The position numbers were made by a program, and so were the translations under genes. From positions 4,828 to 68,827 of the forward strand of contig JAGBNH010000117.1 of assembly GCA_017634475.1 (NCBI GenBank): 64,000 nt of DNA, given 5' to 3'. The notes beneath the pieces were generated by a model. That model had not been told where the DNA came from, did not search any database, and worked only from the letters and a program-made list of their open reading frames with translations. Of this stretch, positions 1-9,506 are shown one piece after another (the first letter of the stretch is position 1; each line of letters starts with the position of its first letter). This stretch comes from Eubacterium sp. (lineage in GTDB: Bacteria; Bacillota; Clostridia; Lachnospirales; Lachnospiraceae).

Positions 1-338
1 CGGAAGCGGCTAAGGAAGTAAAGAAGGAACTGGCCTTTGAGGAAACCGAGAAGCTGACCCAGGAAGCCTTCGATGCCATCACTGCTGCCGCAGAAGAGAA
101 GAAGAAAGCAGGAGGCGAGAATATCGCAGCCTGGGCAGACAGCGCATCGGACAACTGGGCCGAGGCAGATGAGATACCGGTGAAAAAGGCTTCTCCCAGG
201 ATCCCGGGTCAGGGAGACGAGGATGATCTTGATGAAGCGGATGCCCCGAAGGTTGAGCTGGAATCCAGGATCGTGACCGAGGTGCTTTCCGCAGATCTGA
301 ATCCCTTTAATATCACTGAGGATTCAGAGAAGAATTAG
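1..338 (+). CDS. 3' end of a partial gene with a very acidic, low-complexity C-terminus; lies where ribD usually sits
   Basis: Frame 3 is open from the window edge to TAG at 336-338 (EAAKEVKKELAFEETEKL...DSEKN); 23 nt upstream of ribE. Confidence 0.65.
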   Translation, partial: EAAKEVKKELAFEETEKLTQEAFDAITAAAEEKKKAGGENIAAWADSASDNWAEADEIPVKKASPRIPGQGDEDDLDEADAPKVELESRIVTEVLSADLNPFNITEDSEKN

Positions 339-361
339 GCTAAGAGTTTGGGAGCATAGGA

Positions 362-1021
362 ATGTTTACCGGAATTGTTGAAGAAATGGGTGAATATGTT
401 GCCGCCAGACGAGGCGCCAGATCAGAGGTTCTGGTGATCCGGGCAAAGAAGGTTCTGGAGGGGACGGTCATCGGTGACAGCATTGCGGTGAACGGTGTAT
501 GTCTCACCGTGACGGGTCTGACCAATAACAGCTTTGAAGCGGACGTCATGCCGGAAACTCTCCGAAGGTCCAATCTGGGCGGCCTCTCTGTGGGGGATCA
601 TGTGAATCTGGAACGGGCCATGGCTGCGGACGGCAGGTTCGGCGGGCATATCGTGGCCGGACATGTGGACGGTACCGGAGTGATCCGGGAGATCACGGAA
701 GAGGATAATGCGGTCTGGTATGCCATTGGCACCAAACCGGAGATCCTTCGCTATATCGTGGAAAAAGGCTCTGTTGCCATAGATGGCATAAGCCTTACGG
801 TGGCAGGAGTGGACGACAGAGAGGGCGAGTTCCGGGTATCCATCATCCCGCATACCAGAGCGGTGACTGTGCTGTCGGATCGAAGGATCGGGGATGTGGT
901 CAATCTGGAAAATGATATTGTGGGCAAGTACATCGAACGACTGATGTCTGCAGATACAAATAAGAAAGAAAAGGAAAGTCGTATCACCATGGATTTTCTG
1001 GGAGAGAACGGCTTTCTGTAG
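362..1021 (+). CDS. ribE: riboflavin synthase (alpha chain)
   Basis: MFTGIVEE N-terminus, GDSIAVNGVCLTV, GGHIVAGHVDG. Confidence 0.97.
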   Translation: MFTGIVEEMGEYVAARRGARSEVLVIRAKKVLEGTVIGDSIAVNGVCLTVTGLTNNSFEADVMPETLRRSNLGGLSVGDHVNLERAMAADGRFGGHIVAGHVDGTGVIREITEEDNAVWYAIGTKPEILRYIVEKGSVAIDGISLTVAGVDDREGEFRVSIIPHTRAVTVLSDRRIGDVVNLENDIVGKYIERLMSADTNKKEKESRITMDFLGENGFL

Positions 1022-1039
1022 AGTTGGAGAGTTAACCAG

Positions 1040-2248
1040 GTGGAAGTTTTGAATTACAGTTCTATTGAAGAAATTCTGGAGGAGTTGAAAAGCGGTCGTC
1101 CGGTGGTGATCATGGACGACGAGGATCGGGAGAATGAAGGGGATGTGATCTGTGCGGCGGAATTCGCCACCACGGAGAACGTGAATTTCATGGCGAAGTA
1201 TGCACGCGGACTGATCTGCATGCCCATGGATGCGTCCTATTCGGATAAGTACAATCTCCCGCAGATGTGTATCGTAAATACGGACAATCACTGCACCGCA
1301 TTTTCCGTTTCCGTTGATCATGTATCCACTACCACGGGAATATCCGCTGAGGAACGTGGGATCACCGCCAGACGGTTTGCGGCAGATGATGCCGTTAAAG
1401 AAGAATTTCGACGCCCGGGGCATATGTTTCCGCTGGAAGCAAAGCCGGGCGGCGTGATCGAGAGAAACGGTCATACCGAGGCTACGGTGGATCTTTGCAG
1501 GCTTGCCGGACTTAAGCCGGTGGGGCTTTGCTGCGAGATCATGAAGGATGATGGAACCATGGCCAGAAGGGATGATCTCTTTCTTTTTGCAGCGGAACAC
1601 GGACTGAAGGTCTCCACCATTGAACGGCTGGTGCAGTATCGAAAGGAACATGAGGTTTTCGTGGAGGAGGTAACCTCTGCAAAGCTTCCTACCCGCTATG
1701 GGAATTTCATCATTCACGGCTATATCAATAAGCTGAATGGGGAACATCACGTGGCGCTGACCATGGGAGACATTTCCGGGGAGGATCCGGTACTGGTGCG
1801 TGTGCATTCGGAATGTCTTACGGGAGATGCCTTCGGATCCTTGAAATGTGACTGCGGCGAACAGCTGGATGCAGCCATGAAGATGATCGCAGAGGAAGGC
1901 CGGGGCGTTCTGCTCTATATGCGGCAGGAGGGCCGTGGGATCGGCCTGATCAATAAGATCAGGGCTTACCATCTTCAGGATCAGGGACAGGATACGGTTC
2001 AGGCCAATCTGTCTCTGGGATTTCCGGAGGATGCAAGAGATTATACCATCGGAACCCAGATCCTTGTGGATCTGGGGGTAAGGAAAATGCGGCTCCTTAC
2101 CAATAATCCTTCCAAGGTTTACGGTCTGGCAGGCTACAATCTGGAGATCGTTGAGCGTGTTCCCATTGAGATCGCGCCTTCCGTATATGATAAGTTTTAT
2201 CTCCAGACCAAGAAGGAGAAGATGGGACATTTTCTGAAGGATGTATAG
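1040..2248 (+). CDS. ribBA: bifunctional DHBP synthase / GTP cyclohydrolase II
   Basis: [35 protein letters not shown] motifs. Confidence 0.97.
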   Translation: MEVLNYSSIEEILEELKSGRPVVIMDDEDRENEGDVICAAEFATTENVNFMAKYARGLICMPMDASYSDKYNLPQMCIVNTDNHCTAFSVSVDHVSTTTGISAEERGITARRFAADDAVKEEFRRPGHMFPLEAKPGGVIERNGHTEATVDLCRLAGLKPVGLCCEIMKDDGTMARRDDLFLFAAEHGLKVSTIERLVQYRKEHEVFVEEVTSAKLPTRYGNFIIHGYINKLNGEHHVALTMGDISGEDPVLVRVHSECLTGDAFGSLKCDCGEQLDAAMKMIAEEGRGVLLYMRQEGRGIGLINKIRAYHLQDQGQDTVQANLSLGFPEDARDYTIGTQILVDLGVRKMRLLTNNPSKVYGLAGYNLEIVERVPIEIAPSVYDKFYLQTKKEKMGHFLKDV

Positions 2249-2294
2249 ATCCGCGGATGATCCGGAAAATGAATTTGAAACAGAGGATGAACAG

Positions 2295-2774
2295 ATGAAA
2301 AAGATTGAAGGAAATGTAGTTGCAAATGCAGGCGGTAAGGCTGAAGGCATCAGGATCGGTATTGTAGCTTCCCGCTTTAATGAGTTTATCGTGTCCAGGC
2401 TGGTAGGCGGAGCCGAGGATGGACTGGTGCGTCATGGAGTGGATACGGATGATATTGATATCGCATGGGTTCCCGGTGCATTTGAGATCCCCCTCATTGC
2501 CAAGAAGATGGCAAAGTCCGGAAAATATGATGCAGTGATCGCCCTGGGTGCGGTGATCCGCGGATCCACAAGTCATTATGATTATGTCTGCGCAGAGGTA
2601 TCCAAGGGTGTGGCTCAGGTTTCCCTGGAGGCTGAGATCCCTGTTATGTTCGGCATCCTTACGACCGATACCATTGAGCAGGCCATTGAGCGCGCCGGTA
2701 CCAAGGCAGGAAATAAGGGGTATGACTGTGCCCTTGGCGCCATTGAGATGATCAATCTCATGAGACAGCTGTAG
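2295..2774 (+). CDS. ribH: 6,7-dimethyl-8-ribityllumazine synthase
   Basis: [25 protein letters not shown]; start moved to ATG 2295 after GAGG. Confidence 0.96.
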   Translation: MKKIEGNVVANAGGKAEGIRIGIVASRFNEFIVSRLVGGAEDGLVRHGVDTDDIDIAWVPGAFEIPLIAKKMAKSGKYDAVIALGAVIRGSTSHYDYVCAEVSKGVAQVSLEAEIPVMFGILTTDTIEQAIERAGTKAGNKGYDCALGAIEMINLMRQL

Positions 2775-2783
2775 ACGCGGAAT

Positions 2784-3569
2784 ATGAAGCTGATCTTTTT
2801 TGACATAGACGGAACGTTGATCACAGACGATGGAAGAAGGCTCTTTCCGGAGGATGCGAAGGAAGCCATCAAAGCAGCACGGGCTGCCGGTAATCTTGTA
2901 TTTATCAATACCGGCAGGGTAAGGTGCAACGTGGAAGCATTTATTACGGATCCCGGATTTGACGGCCTGGTCTGTGGCTGCGGCACATATATCGAGTATC
3001 GCGGTGAGGTGATCCACCATCGACGCATGTCGAAGGAGGATTGCCACCGGATCGCTCATCTTTGCAGAGATTGTCGGATGCAGGCTTTTTTTGAGTATGC
3101 ATACGGCTCTTTCTATGATGGGGAGATGGATCTTCCCTACATTCTTCCCCTTGTCCGCTATATGGAAGGGTCCGGAAGGACCATCGGGAAGGACATTGAT
3201 GCGGAGGAGTTTGTCTTTGATAAATTCTCCGGCTGGTTTGACCAAAGCAGTGATGTGGACAGGTTTAAGAAGGGGATCGAAGGGATCTTTACCTACATCG
3301 ATCGTGGACCGGATTTCTTTGAGGTGGAACCGGTGGGCTATTCCAAGGCCTCGGGGATCGATTATCTGCTCCGGTATTTCCACATTTCTAAGGAAGATGT
3401 CTATGTTTTCGGTGACGGGAATAATGATCTGGAAATGATGCAGTTTGCCGGCCACAGTATCGCCATGGGTAACGGCAATGCCAATGCAAAGGCTGCGGCA
3501 GAATATGTTACATCGGATATAGAAGATGGCGGGATACGTCAGGGACTGCAGCATTTTCAGCTGATCTGA
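2784..3569 (+). CDS. Cof-type HAD-IIB hydrolase
   Basis: FFDIDGTL, NTGR, K, FGDGNNDLEM HAD motifs. Confidence 0.92.
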   Translation: MKLIFFDIDGTLITDDGRRLFPEDAKEAIKAARAAGNLVFINTGRVRCNVEAFITDPGFDGLVCGCGTYIEYRGEVIHHRRMSKEDCHRIAHLCRDCRMQAFFEYAYGSFYDGEMDLPYILPLVRYMEGSGRTIGKDIDAEEFVFDKFSGWFDQSSDVDRFKKGIEGIFTYIDRGPDFFEVEPVGYSKASGIDYLLRYFHISKEDVYVFGDGNNDLEMMQFAGHSIAMGNGNANAKAAAEYVTSDIEDGGIRQGLQHFQLI

Positions 3570-3603
3570 TGCCGCCTTTTGCATAGATACGGTAATTGAA
3601 GGC

Positions 3604-4518
3604 ATGAAAACATATTTGGATGATGAACAACGAAAGAAAGATGAAGGGCCTCCGTCCTCCTACACCCCTCGGTCTGAGATGCCGGAGGAGGAGCCTTCCA
3701 GCGCTGAGCTGCCGGAATATGCAGTGCCGGAAAAATGTTCCGTCATCGAGCAGCTTCGGATCTCCATTGTCAGCGCAAAGCAGCTGGTGGGCCTGTCCGA
3801 GCTTAAGGTCAGCCGGTTTGTTCGCTATGTGATCCTGCTTTGCTTCCTGGTTTCCATCATGCTGACAGTGGTTCCCGCAGCGGCTACCATAGCCAGCTTC
3901 GGAGGCTTCAGTAAGCTGTTCAATGAGCGGATGCCTGCCTTTGAGGTGAAGAACGGGGAGTTCAGAGTGGAGGAACCCTTTTCCCTTGTCATCGGCAGCT
4001 GTGAGATCGTGATGAACTCTGCCGAGGATACGGTGGCACAGGATAAGTTTCTGGGGAAAATGGTCACCATTGCCATCGGAAAGAAACGGATGCAGGTGGT
4101 CCTCAGCCAGAACGGGTTATCGGAGGTGGCTCTGGATCAGCCCATTTCCGCATATTTTGAGGACGGCTTTGATAAAAGCATGCTGAACGAGGCCATCCCC
4201 GGCTTCTATATCGCCATAGGCATCATGACGCTGTTCACCATGCTCTGGACGGCCATCAGATACTGTCTGGCTGCCCTGATCTATATGCTGCTTTCCTGGG
4301 CATTGGTAAAGCAGACCAACCTGGATCTGAACAAGGGAAATGTATTCCGTTTATGCTTCTATGCACAGACCATCGGCATCCTGCTGGTGAATCTGAATCA
4401 GGCAACGGGATATCTCATTCCTTCATTTATCGTATCCATCATCGGTATATTTATCACCTTCCGATGGATCCTCAAGTCGGTTGTAAAATACCTGAACATA
4501 GGAAGACAGGGGTATTGA
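3604..4518 (+). CDS. membrane protein, DUF1189-like
   Basis: One N-terminal TM, an extracellular region and 3 C-terminal TMs; Pro/Glu-rich N-terminal extension. Confidence 0.6.
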   Translation: MKTYLDDEQRKKDEGPPSSYTPRSEMPEEEPSSAELPEYAVPEKCSVIEQLRISIVSAKQLVGLSELKVSRFVRYVILLCFLVSIMLTVVPAAATIASFGGFSKLFNERMPAFEVKNGEFRVEEPFSLVIGSCEIVMNSAEDTVAQDKFLGKMVTIAIGKKRMQVVLSQNGLSEVALDQPISAYFEDGFDKSMLNEAIPGFYIAIGIMTLFTMLWTAIRYCLAALIYMLLSWALVKQTNLDLNKGNVFRLCFYAQTIGILLVNLNQATGYLIPSFIVSIIGIFITFRWILKSVVKYLNIGRQGY

Positions 4519-4520
4519 TC

Positions 4521-5006
4521 TCACGGAGTTTTCAGCTTCCGGAGGAATTCTGCCAGCTCTTCTTCGTTCATTTTACTTAAGGCTGCATTGGTGAAGGAGC
4601 CATCTTCCGTGACCTCCCGTCCGAACCAGGCAGGAGGGGTGAAGGCCTTCGCTTCTTCCACGGAGGGGAATTCCACCTCTGCGTAGACCAGCCCTTCCAG
4701 AGAACCATGGAACAGATCCAGTTCTATGGTATAGGGAGGACAGGGAATGAGATAGCGGGTCTTCTGGATAAAGAGTCCCTGAACGGATCCGGCCATTCTT
4801 TCGTATTGCTCCCGGGTCAGATCGATCTCGTATTCTTCCCGGGCCAGCAGACCGCCGGATTTTACGGTCAGGATATAGGAATCGTTCTTTTGCCGGATGC
4901 GCAGTACGGGGTCCGTAAAGAGATAGCCCTGTGTCATTTCGGTTTTCGTATACATTTCCAGATCCAGTGCTGTGGGATCCGCAAGAAATTTACGTTCGAT
5001 CTCCAT
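4521..5006 (-). CDS. CYTH domain protein (triphosphate tunnel metalloenzyme)
   Basis: MEIERKFL, QGYL, LRIR, KTRY, AEVEF, PPAWFGREVT. Confidence 0.93.
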   Translation of the reverse strand: MEIERKFLADPTALDLEMYTKTEMTQGYLFTDPVLRIRQKNDSYILTVKSGGLLAREEYEIDLTREQYERMAGSVQGLFIQKTRYLIPCPPYTIELDLFHGSLEGLVYAEVEFPSVEEAKAFTPPAWFGREVTEDGSFTNAALSKMNEEELAEFLRKLKTP

Positions 5007-5079
5007 GTGGTTTCTCCTTAAATGAATTCTATTGAATATTTATTATAAAACAGTAAACAGTAATTGGAAAGGGGTACGT

Positions 5080-5637
5080 ATGAGTAAAGTAGTTGTTCTT
5101 CTGGCAGAAGGCTTTGAAGAGATCGAAGCTCTTACACCTGTGGATCTTCTCCGGCGGGCGGGGATCGAAGTGGTGACCGCATCCATAACCGAGGATCCGG
5201 TGGTCATGGGTTCTCATAAGATCCCGGTCACTGCAGACACGGTAATGAGCAGACTGGAGGGTACCGCGGATATGCTCTTCCTGCCGGGAGGACAGCCCGG
5301 GACCAACAATCTGAAGGAAAGCAAGGCGGTAGCGAACCTGATCCGGAAATATCAGGAGCAGGGAAAGTACCTTGCGGCCATCTGTGCCGCTCCCACGGTA
5401 TACGGACAGATGGGGCTGCTGCAGGGGCGTAAGGCCACCTGTTATCCGGGGCTGGAGGATCAGCTCCTGGGGGCGGAGTGGACCGGCGAAAATGTGACTG
5501 TGGCTGTGGACGGACAGTTTATCACCAGCCGCGGGATGGGAACCTCCATCGACTTTGGACTGAAGCTGATGGAGCTTCTGCTCTCAAAGGATAAGGCGGA
5601 TGAGATGGCGGCTAAGGTCGTTTATCAGAGAGGATAG
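5080..5637 (+). CDS. DJ-1/PfpI (YajL/ThiJ) family protein
   Basis: GFEEIEA, LPGG, AAICAAP, ATCYP, TSRGMGT. Confidence 0.93.
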   Translation: MSKVVVLLAEGFEEIEALTPVDLLRRAGIEVVTASITEDPVVMGSHKIPVTADTVMSRLEGTADMLFLPGGQPGTNNLKESKAVANLIRKYQEQGKYLAAICAAPTVYGQMGLLQGRKATCYPGLEDQLLGAEWTGENVTVAVDGQFITSRGMGTSIDFGLKLMELLLSKDKADEMAAKVVYQRG

Positions 5638-5645
5638 TTAAAGAC

Positions 5646-7091
5646 ATGAAAAACATCACGATACGTGATATCCTGCGGGTGACGGACGGAACACCCGTAT
5701 TTTTGGCAGCTTCGGAAGAAGCAGGGGATGAGGAGGACATACGGGAGTCCTGTCTATCCAGGGAAGTGAAAGACATTTCCATTGATTCAAGGAAGATCGA
5801 ACCCGGAGATCTTTTTGTTCCCCTTCTGGGTGAAAATGTGGATCCGAATAAGTTTATACCGAATGTATTTCCGTATGCTGCGGCAAGTCTGACGGATTGG
5901 GAGACGGACAGGATCTATCCGGATCCGGAGCAGAAGGCAGCGGCAGTTTTGCGGGGAGATCTGCTGATCCGGGTGGAGAATACACAGACCGCTCTGGAAA
6001 AGATCGGCGCATATATCCGTACACAGTACGAGCCCACTGTGGTGGGCGTTACCGGAAGTGTGGGAAAGACCACCACGAGACGGATGATCGCCACGGCCCT
6101 GGGCAGTGACCGGGTAGTATATGAAACTCCCGGAAATCTGAATTCCAAGATCGGCATTCCCATTACCACCAGCCGGATGCTGGACGTACCCTCGGAGGTG
6201 GCGGTGCTTGAGATGGGCATCGACCGTATAGGGGAAATGGATATCGAGTATTCCATCGTTCGTCCGGAGATCGCCGTAGTCACCATGATCGGCGTATCCC
6301 ATATCGAATATCTGGGTTCGAAGGAAGGAATCCGCACGGAGAAGCTGAAGATCGCGGGACCGGACACGGTGCTCTTCTTAAATAAGGATGATCCCATGCT
6401 GGCAGAGCTTAAGGAATATTCAGGAGCAAAGGAGATCTGGTATTACGGGATCTCTTCGGAGGCGGATTATCATGCCGAGGATCTGACCCTGGGAAATGAC
6501 GGCTACGCATTTACCTTTGTTCATGGGGATCTGCGGGTTCCGGTGGCGCTTCCTGTCCTGGGAAGGCATAATGTGAGAAATGCGGTGGTGGCGCTGGCCA
6601 TCTGTGATTATCTTGGACTGGATGTGAAGAAGGCTGCAGAGGCGCTGGGAAGCTTCAGCGGGCTCAGACAGCTGGTGAACCGCCGCGGGGACGGGGCAGT
6701 GATCATCAACGATGCTTATAATGCCAGCCCGGATTCCATGAAGGCTGCGCTGGAGGTACTGACGGATTTTCAGACCGAGGGAAGACGGATCGCGGTTCTC
6801 GGGGATATGTTTGAACTGGGACCGGAGGAAGAGCGATTTCATCGGGAAGTGGGTGAGCAGTTTGCCGCCTATGAGGTGGACCAGCTGGTCACTGTGGGCC
6901 CCCTGGCCTGCGCCCTGGCCCGGGAGGCAGTGAAGGCTCGCCCGGGTATGGAATGGCTGAGTTTTACGGATATAGAAAAGGCTGCGGAGTATCTGAAGGA
7001 GAATGTTACCTCCGGGGATACCGTGATCTTTAAAGCCTCCCATGGGATGCATTTTGAAAAGCTGTCAGAAGATGTGCTTGACAATTTTTAG
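5646..7091 (+). CDS. murF: UDP-MurNAc-tripeptide--D-Ala-D-Ala ligase
   Basis: GVTGSVGKTTT, LEMG, NDAYNASPDSM, LGDMFELG, KASHG. Confidence 0.93.
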   Translation: MKNITIRDILRVTDGTPVFLAASEEAGDEEDIRESCLSREVKDISIDSRKIEPGDLFVPLLGENVDPNKFIPNVFPYAAASLTDWETDRIYPDPEQKAAAVLRGDLLIRVENTQTALEKIGAYIRTQYEPTVVGVTGSVGKTTTRRMIATALGSDRVVYETPGNLNSKIGIPITTSRMLDVPSEVAVLEMGIDRIGEMDIEYSIVRPEIAVVTMIGVSHIEYLGSKEGIRTEKLKIAGPDTVLFLNKDDPMLAELKEYSGAKEIWYYGISSEADYHAEDLTLGNDGYAFTFVHGDLRVPVALPVLGRHNVRNAVVALAICDYLGLDVKKAAEALGSFSGLRQLVNRRGDGAVIINDAYNASPDSMKAALEVLTDFQTEGRRIAVLGDMFELGPEEERFHREVGEQFAAYEVDQLVTVGPLACALAREAVKARPGMEWLSFTDIEKAAEYLKENVTSGDTVIFKASHGMHFEKLSEDVLDNF

Positions 7092-7144
7092 ATAGATAGT
7101 AAAATAGAACCATGTTAGTTGAAGATTAGGGAGGAGATGAACCA

Positions 7145-7363
7145 ATGAAAACTACAGTTTATGTTGAGTTCTACGGTGAGCAGGTCAGCCAGGAAGAGCT
7201 CGTAAAAGAAACGAAGAAGATTTGGACAGATGGCGGCAATAAAGAAAGCGACATCAAAAGCATCGCTCTTTATGTCAAGCCGGAAGAGGATCGTTGCTAC
7301 TATGTGATCAATGGTGATGCAACCGGTTCCTTCCATATTATCAACACACAGAATGATTTCTGA
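7145..7363 (+). CDS. small conserved hypothetical protein (DUF6465-like)
   Basis: Strong SD GGAGGAG; LYVKPEE..YYVING motif. Confidence 0.75.
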   Translation: MKTTVYVEFYGEQVSQEELVKETKKIWTDGGNKESDIKSIALYVKPEEDRCYYVINGDATGSFHIINTQNDF

Positions 7364-7388
7364 TCGTTCCTGATGGTTGTGGGTGTTC

Positions 7389-7436
7389 AGATGAAAGTGG
7401 GATCTTGGGGTAACCCGGTTCCACTTTTATCTTTTT
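7389..7436 (+). terminator. intrinsic terminator-like hairpin
   Basis: GATGAAAGTGGGA...TTCCACTTTTATC stem followed by a T-tract. Confidence 0.6.
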
Positions 7437-7457
7437 CAGATGAATTAAGGAAAGACT

Positions 7458-8075
7458 ATGATAGCGATAATCGATTATGATGCAGGAAATATCCGGAGTG
7501 TGGAAAAGGCACTTTTGTATCTCGGACAGGAGGTAAAGCTGACCCGCAATCCTGAGGAGATCCTTGGGGCGGATCGTGCCATCCTTCCGGGAGTCGGTTC
7601 CTTTGGGGATGCCATGGAGAAGATCCGTGGATACGGACTGGAGGAAGTGATCCGGGAGTTTGCCGCTTCCGGTAAGCCTTTTCTTGGGATATGTCTTGGA
7701 CTTCAGCTTCTGTTCCCGGAGAGTGAGGAAAGCCCCGGAGTGAAGGGATTATCCATCCTTCATGGGAAGATCCGCAGGATCCCGGAGAAGGGGCCTGACG
7801 GAGTGGAACGGAAGGTCCCCCAGATCGGGTGGAACGACATTTCCATCAATCCCGATTCCCGCTTGTTCCGGGGGATCGAGGATAAGAGCTACGTTTATTT
7901 TGTTCACTCCTATTACCTGGACGCGGAGAATAAGGCGGAGGTTGCAGCGACCACGGAATACGGCGTGACCATCGATTGTTCCGTGGAATCAGGAAATGTG
8001 TTTGCATGCCAGTTCCATCCGGAGAAGAGTTCGGATACGGGACTGATGATCCTGAAGAATTTTATCGAGATATAG
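7458..8075 (+). CDS. hisH: imidazole glycerol phosphate synthase, glutaminase subunit
   Basis: IDYDAGN, LPGVG, GICLGLQ, YFVHSY, QFHPEKS. Confidence 0.97.
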   Translation: MIAIIDYDAGNIRSVEKALLYLGQEVKLTRNPEEILGADRAILPGVGSFGDAMEKIRGYGLEEVIREFAASGKPFLGICLGLQLLFPESEESPGVKGLSILHGKIRRIPEKGPDGVERKVPQIGWNDISINPDSRLFRGIEDKSYVYFVHSYYLDAENKAEVAATTEYGVTIDCSVESGNVFACQFHPEKSSDTGLMILKNFIEI

Positions 8076-8085
8076 GAGGAGCTTC

Positions 8086-8847
8086 ATGCACACGAAGAGA
8101 ATCATTCCCTGTCTGGATGTAAAGGACGGAAGGGTTGTAAAGGGCGTTAATTTCGTGGATCTGATCGATGCCGGAGATCCGGTGGAATGCGGGAAGGCCT
8201 ATGATGCTGCCGGAGCAGATGAACTGGTTTTCCTGGACATCACTGCCTCCAGCGACAGACGGGCCATTGTGACCGATATGGTACGCCGGGTTGCGGAAAC
8301 GGTATTTATTCCCTTTACCGTAGGCGGAGGGATCCGTACGGTGGAAGACTTTCGGGATATTCTGCGGGAGGGAGCGGATAAGATCTCCGTGAATTCCGCA
8401 GCCATCGATCATCCGAGACTGATCTCGGATGCCGCAGATAAATTCGGAAGCCAGTGCGTGGTGGTAGCCATTGACGCAAGAAGAAGACAGGACGGTTCCG
8501 GCTGGACCATCTATAAACACGGCGGACGGCTGGACTGTGGGATCGATGCCATCGAGTGGGCTATGGAGGCTGACCGGCTTGGGGCCGGAGAGATCCTGCT
8601 GACATCCATGGACTGCGATGGAACGAAGAGCGGATATGATATTGCCCTTACCCGGGCTATCTCGGAGGCGGTATCTATTCCGGTGATCGCTTCCGGCGGT
8701 GCCGGGACCATAGATCATTTTTATGAGGCAGTAACAGAGGGAAAGGCAGATGCGGCGCTGGCGGCTTCCCTTTTCCATTTTAAGGAGCTGGAGATCAGGG
8801 AGGTAAAGGAAGCGCTGAGAAAGAAAGGCGTTTCGGTGAGATTATGA
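8086..8847 (+). CDS. hisF: imidazole glycerol phosphate synthase, cyclase subunit
   Basis: [29 protein letters not shown]. Confidence 0.97.
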   Translation: MHTKRIIPCLDVKDGRVVKGVNFVDLIDAGDPVECGKAYDAAGADELVFLDITASSDRRAIVTDMVRRVAETVFIPFTVGGGIRTVEDFRDILREGADKISVNSAAIDHPRLISDAADKFGSQCVVVAIDARRRQDGSGWTIYKHGGRLDCGIDAIEWAMEADRLGAGEILLTSMDCDGTKSGYDIALTRAISEAVSIPVIASGGAGTIDHFYEAVTEGKADAALAASLFHFKELEIREVKEALRKKGVSVRL

Positions 8848-9290
8848 GTACGATAGAATATAAGTTTTTAAGACTCCCGAAGGATCTGTATCTGGGCCTC
8901 AGACGGTCCGTGGGCTGGAAGAGCCTTTCCGACAGACAGGTGGATGCGGCGCTGAACGGATGTAAGGCCATGATCACTGCATGGGATACCGAAACCGGCG
9001 AGGTGGTCGGCATGGGCCGACTGGTTGGGGATGAACTGGTGATCATGAATATCCAGGACCTGATCGTACGGCCGGATTATCATGGCAGGGGGATCGGCTC
9101 GGAGCTGATCCGCCATCTGAAGCAGAAGGCGGCAGAAGCATTGGAACCGGGTGAGGAGCTGATGTTTACCCTGATGTGTGCCAAGGGACGGGAACGGTTT
9201 TATGAGAAAAACGGGTTTATTGCCCGTCCCACACCGGACCTTGGACCGGGAATGATCACCTATCTTCATGAAGAAGATGCCGGGCGATGA
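8844..9290 (+). CDS. GNAT family N-acetyltransferase
   Basis: [15 protein letters not shown] acetyl-CoA motif, FYEKNGF; ATGA overlap with hisF. Confidence 0.9.
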   Translation: MSTIEYKFLRLPKDLYLGLRRSVGWKSLSDRQVDAALNGCKAMITAWDTETGEVVGMGRLVGDELVIMNIQDLIVRPDYHGRGIGSELIRHLKQKAAEALEPGEELMFTLMCAKGRERFYEKNGFIARPTPDLGPGMITYLHEEDAGR

Positions 9291-9386
9291 TACGGTAATT
9301 ATGCTATGGAACGTTGTGGGACGATGAACCAGTATGACATGAAATGCTGCCCGGCGATGGTCATTTTCCCGGATTAGTTCGCAGAT

Positions 9387-9482
9387 AAAAAAAGATGCCT
9401 GTTATCCGCACCTTGTATCGGATCGTCACAGTTTTGCTGTGACCGGATGATCCGGACAAGGCCAGGATGACAGGCATTTTTT
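9387..9482. repeat. long imperfect inverted repeat (inverted dimer of REP-like units), probably also a bidirectional terminator
   Basis: A7-GATGCC-TGTTATCCGCACCTTGTATCGGATC ... GATCCGGACAAGGCCAGGATGACA-GGCAT-T tract, with an inner GTCACAG/CTGTGAC stem, between convergent genes. Confidence 0.75.
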
Positions 9483-9506
9483 CATGCTTTTTCTTGTTAT
9501 TATTTC

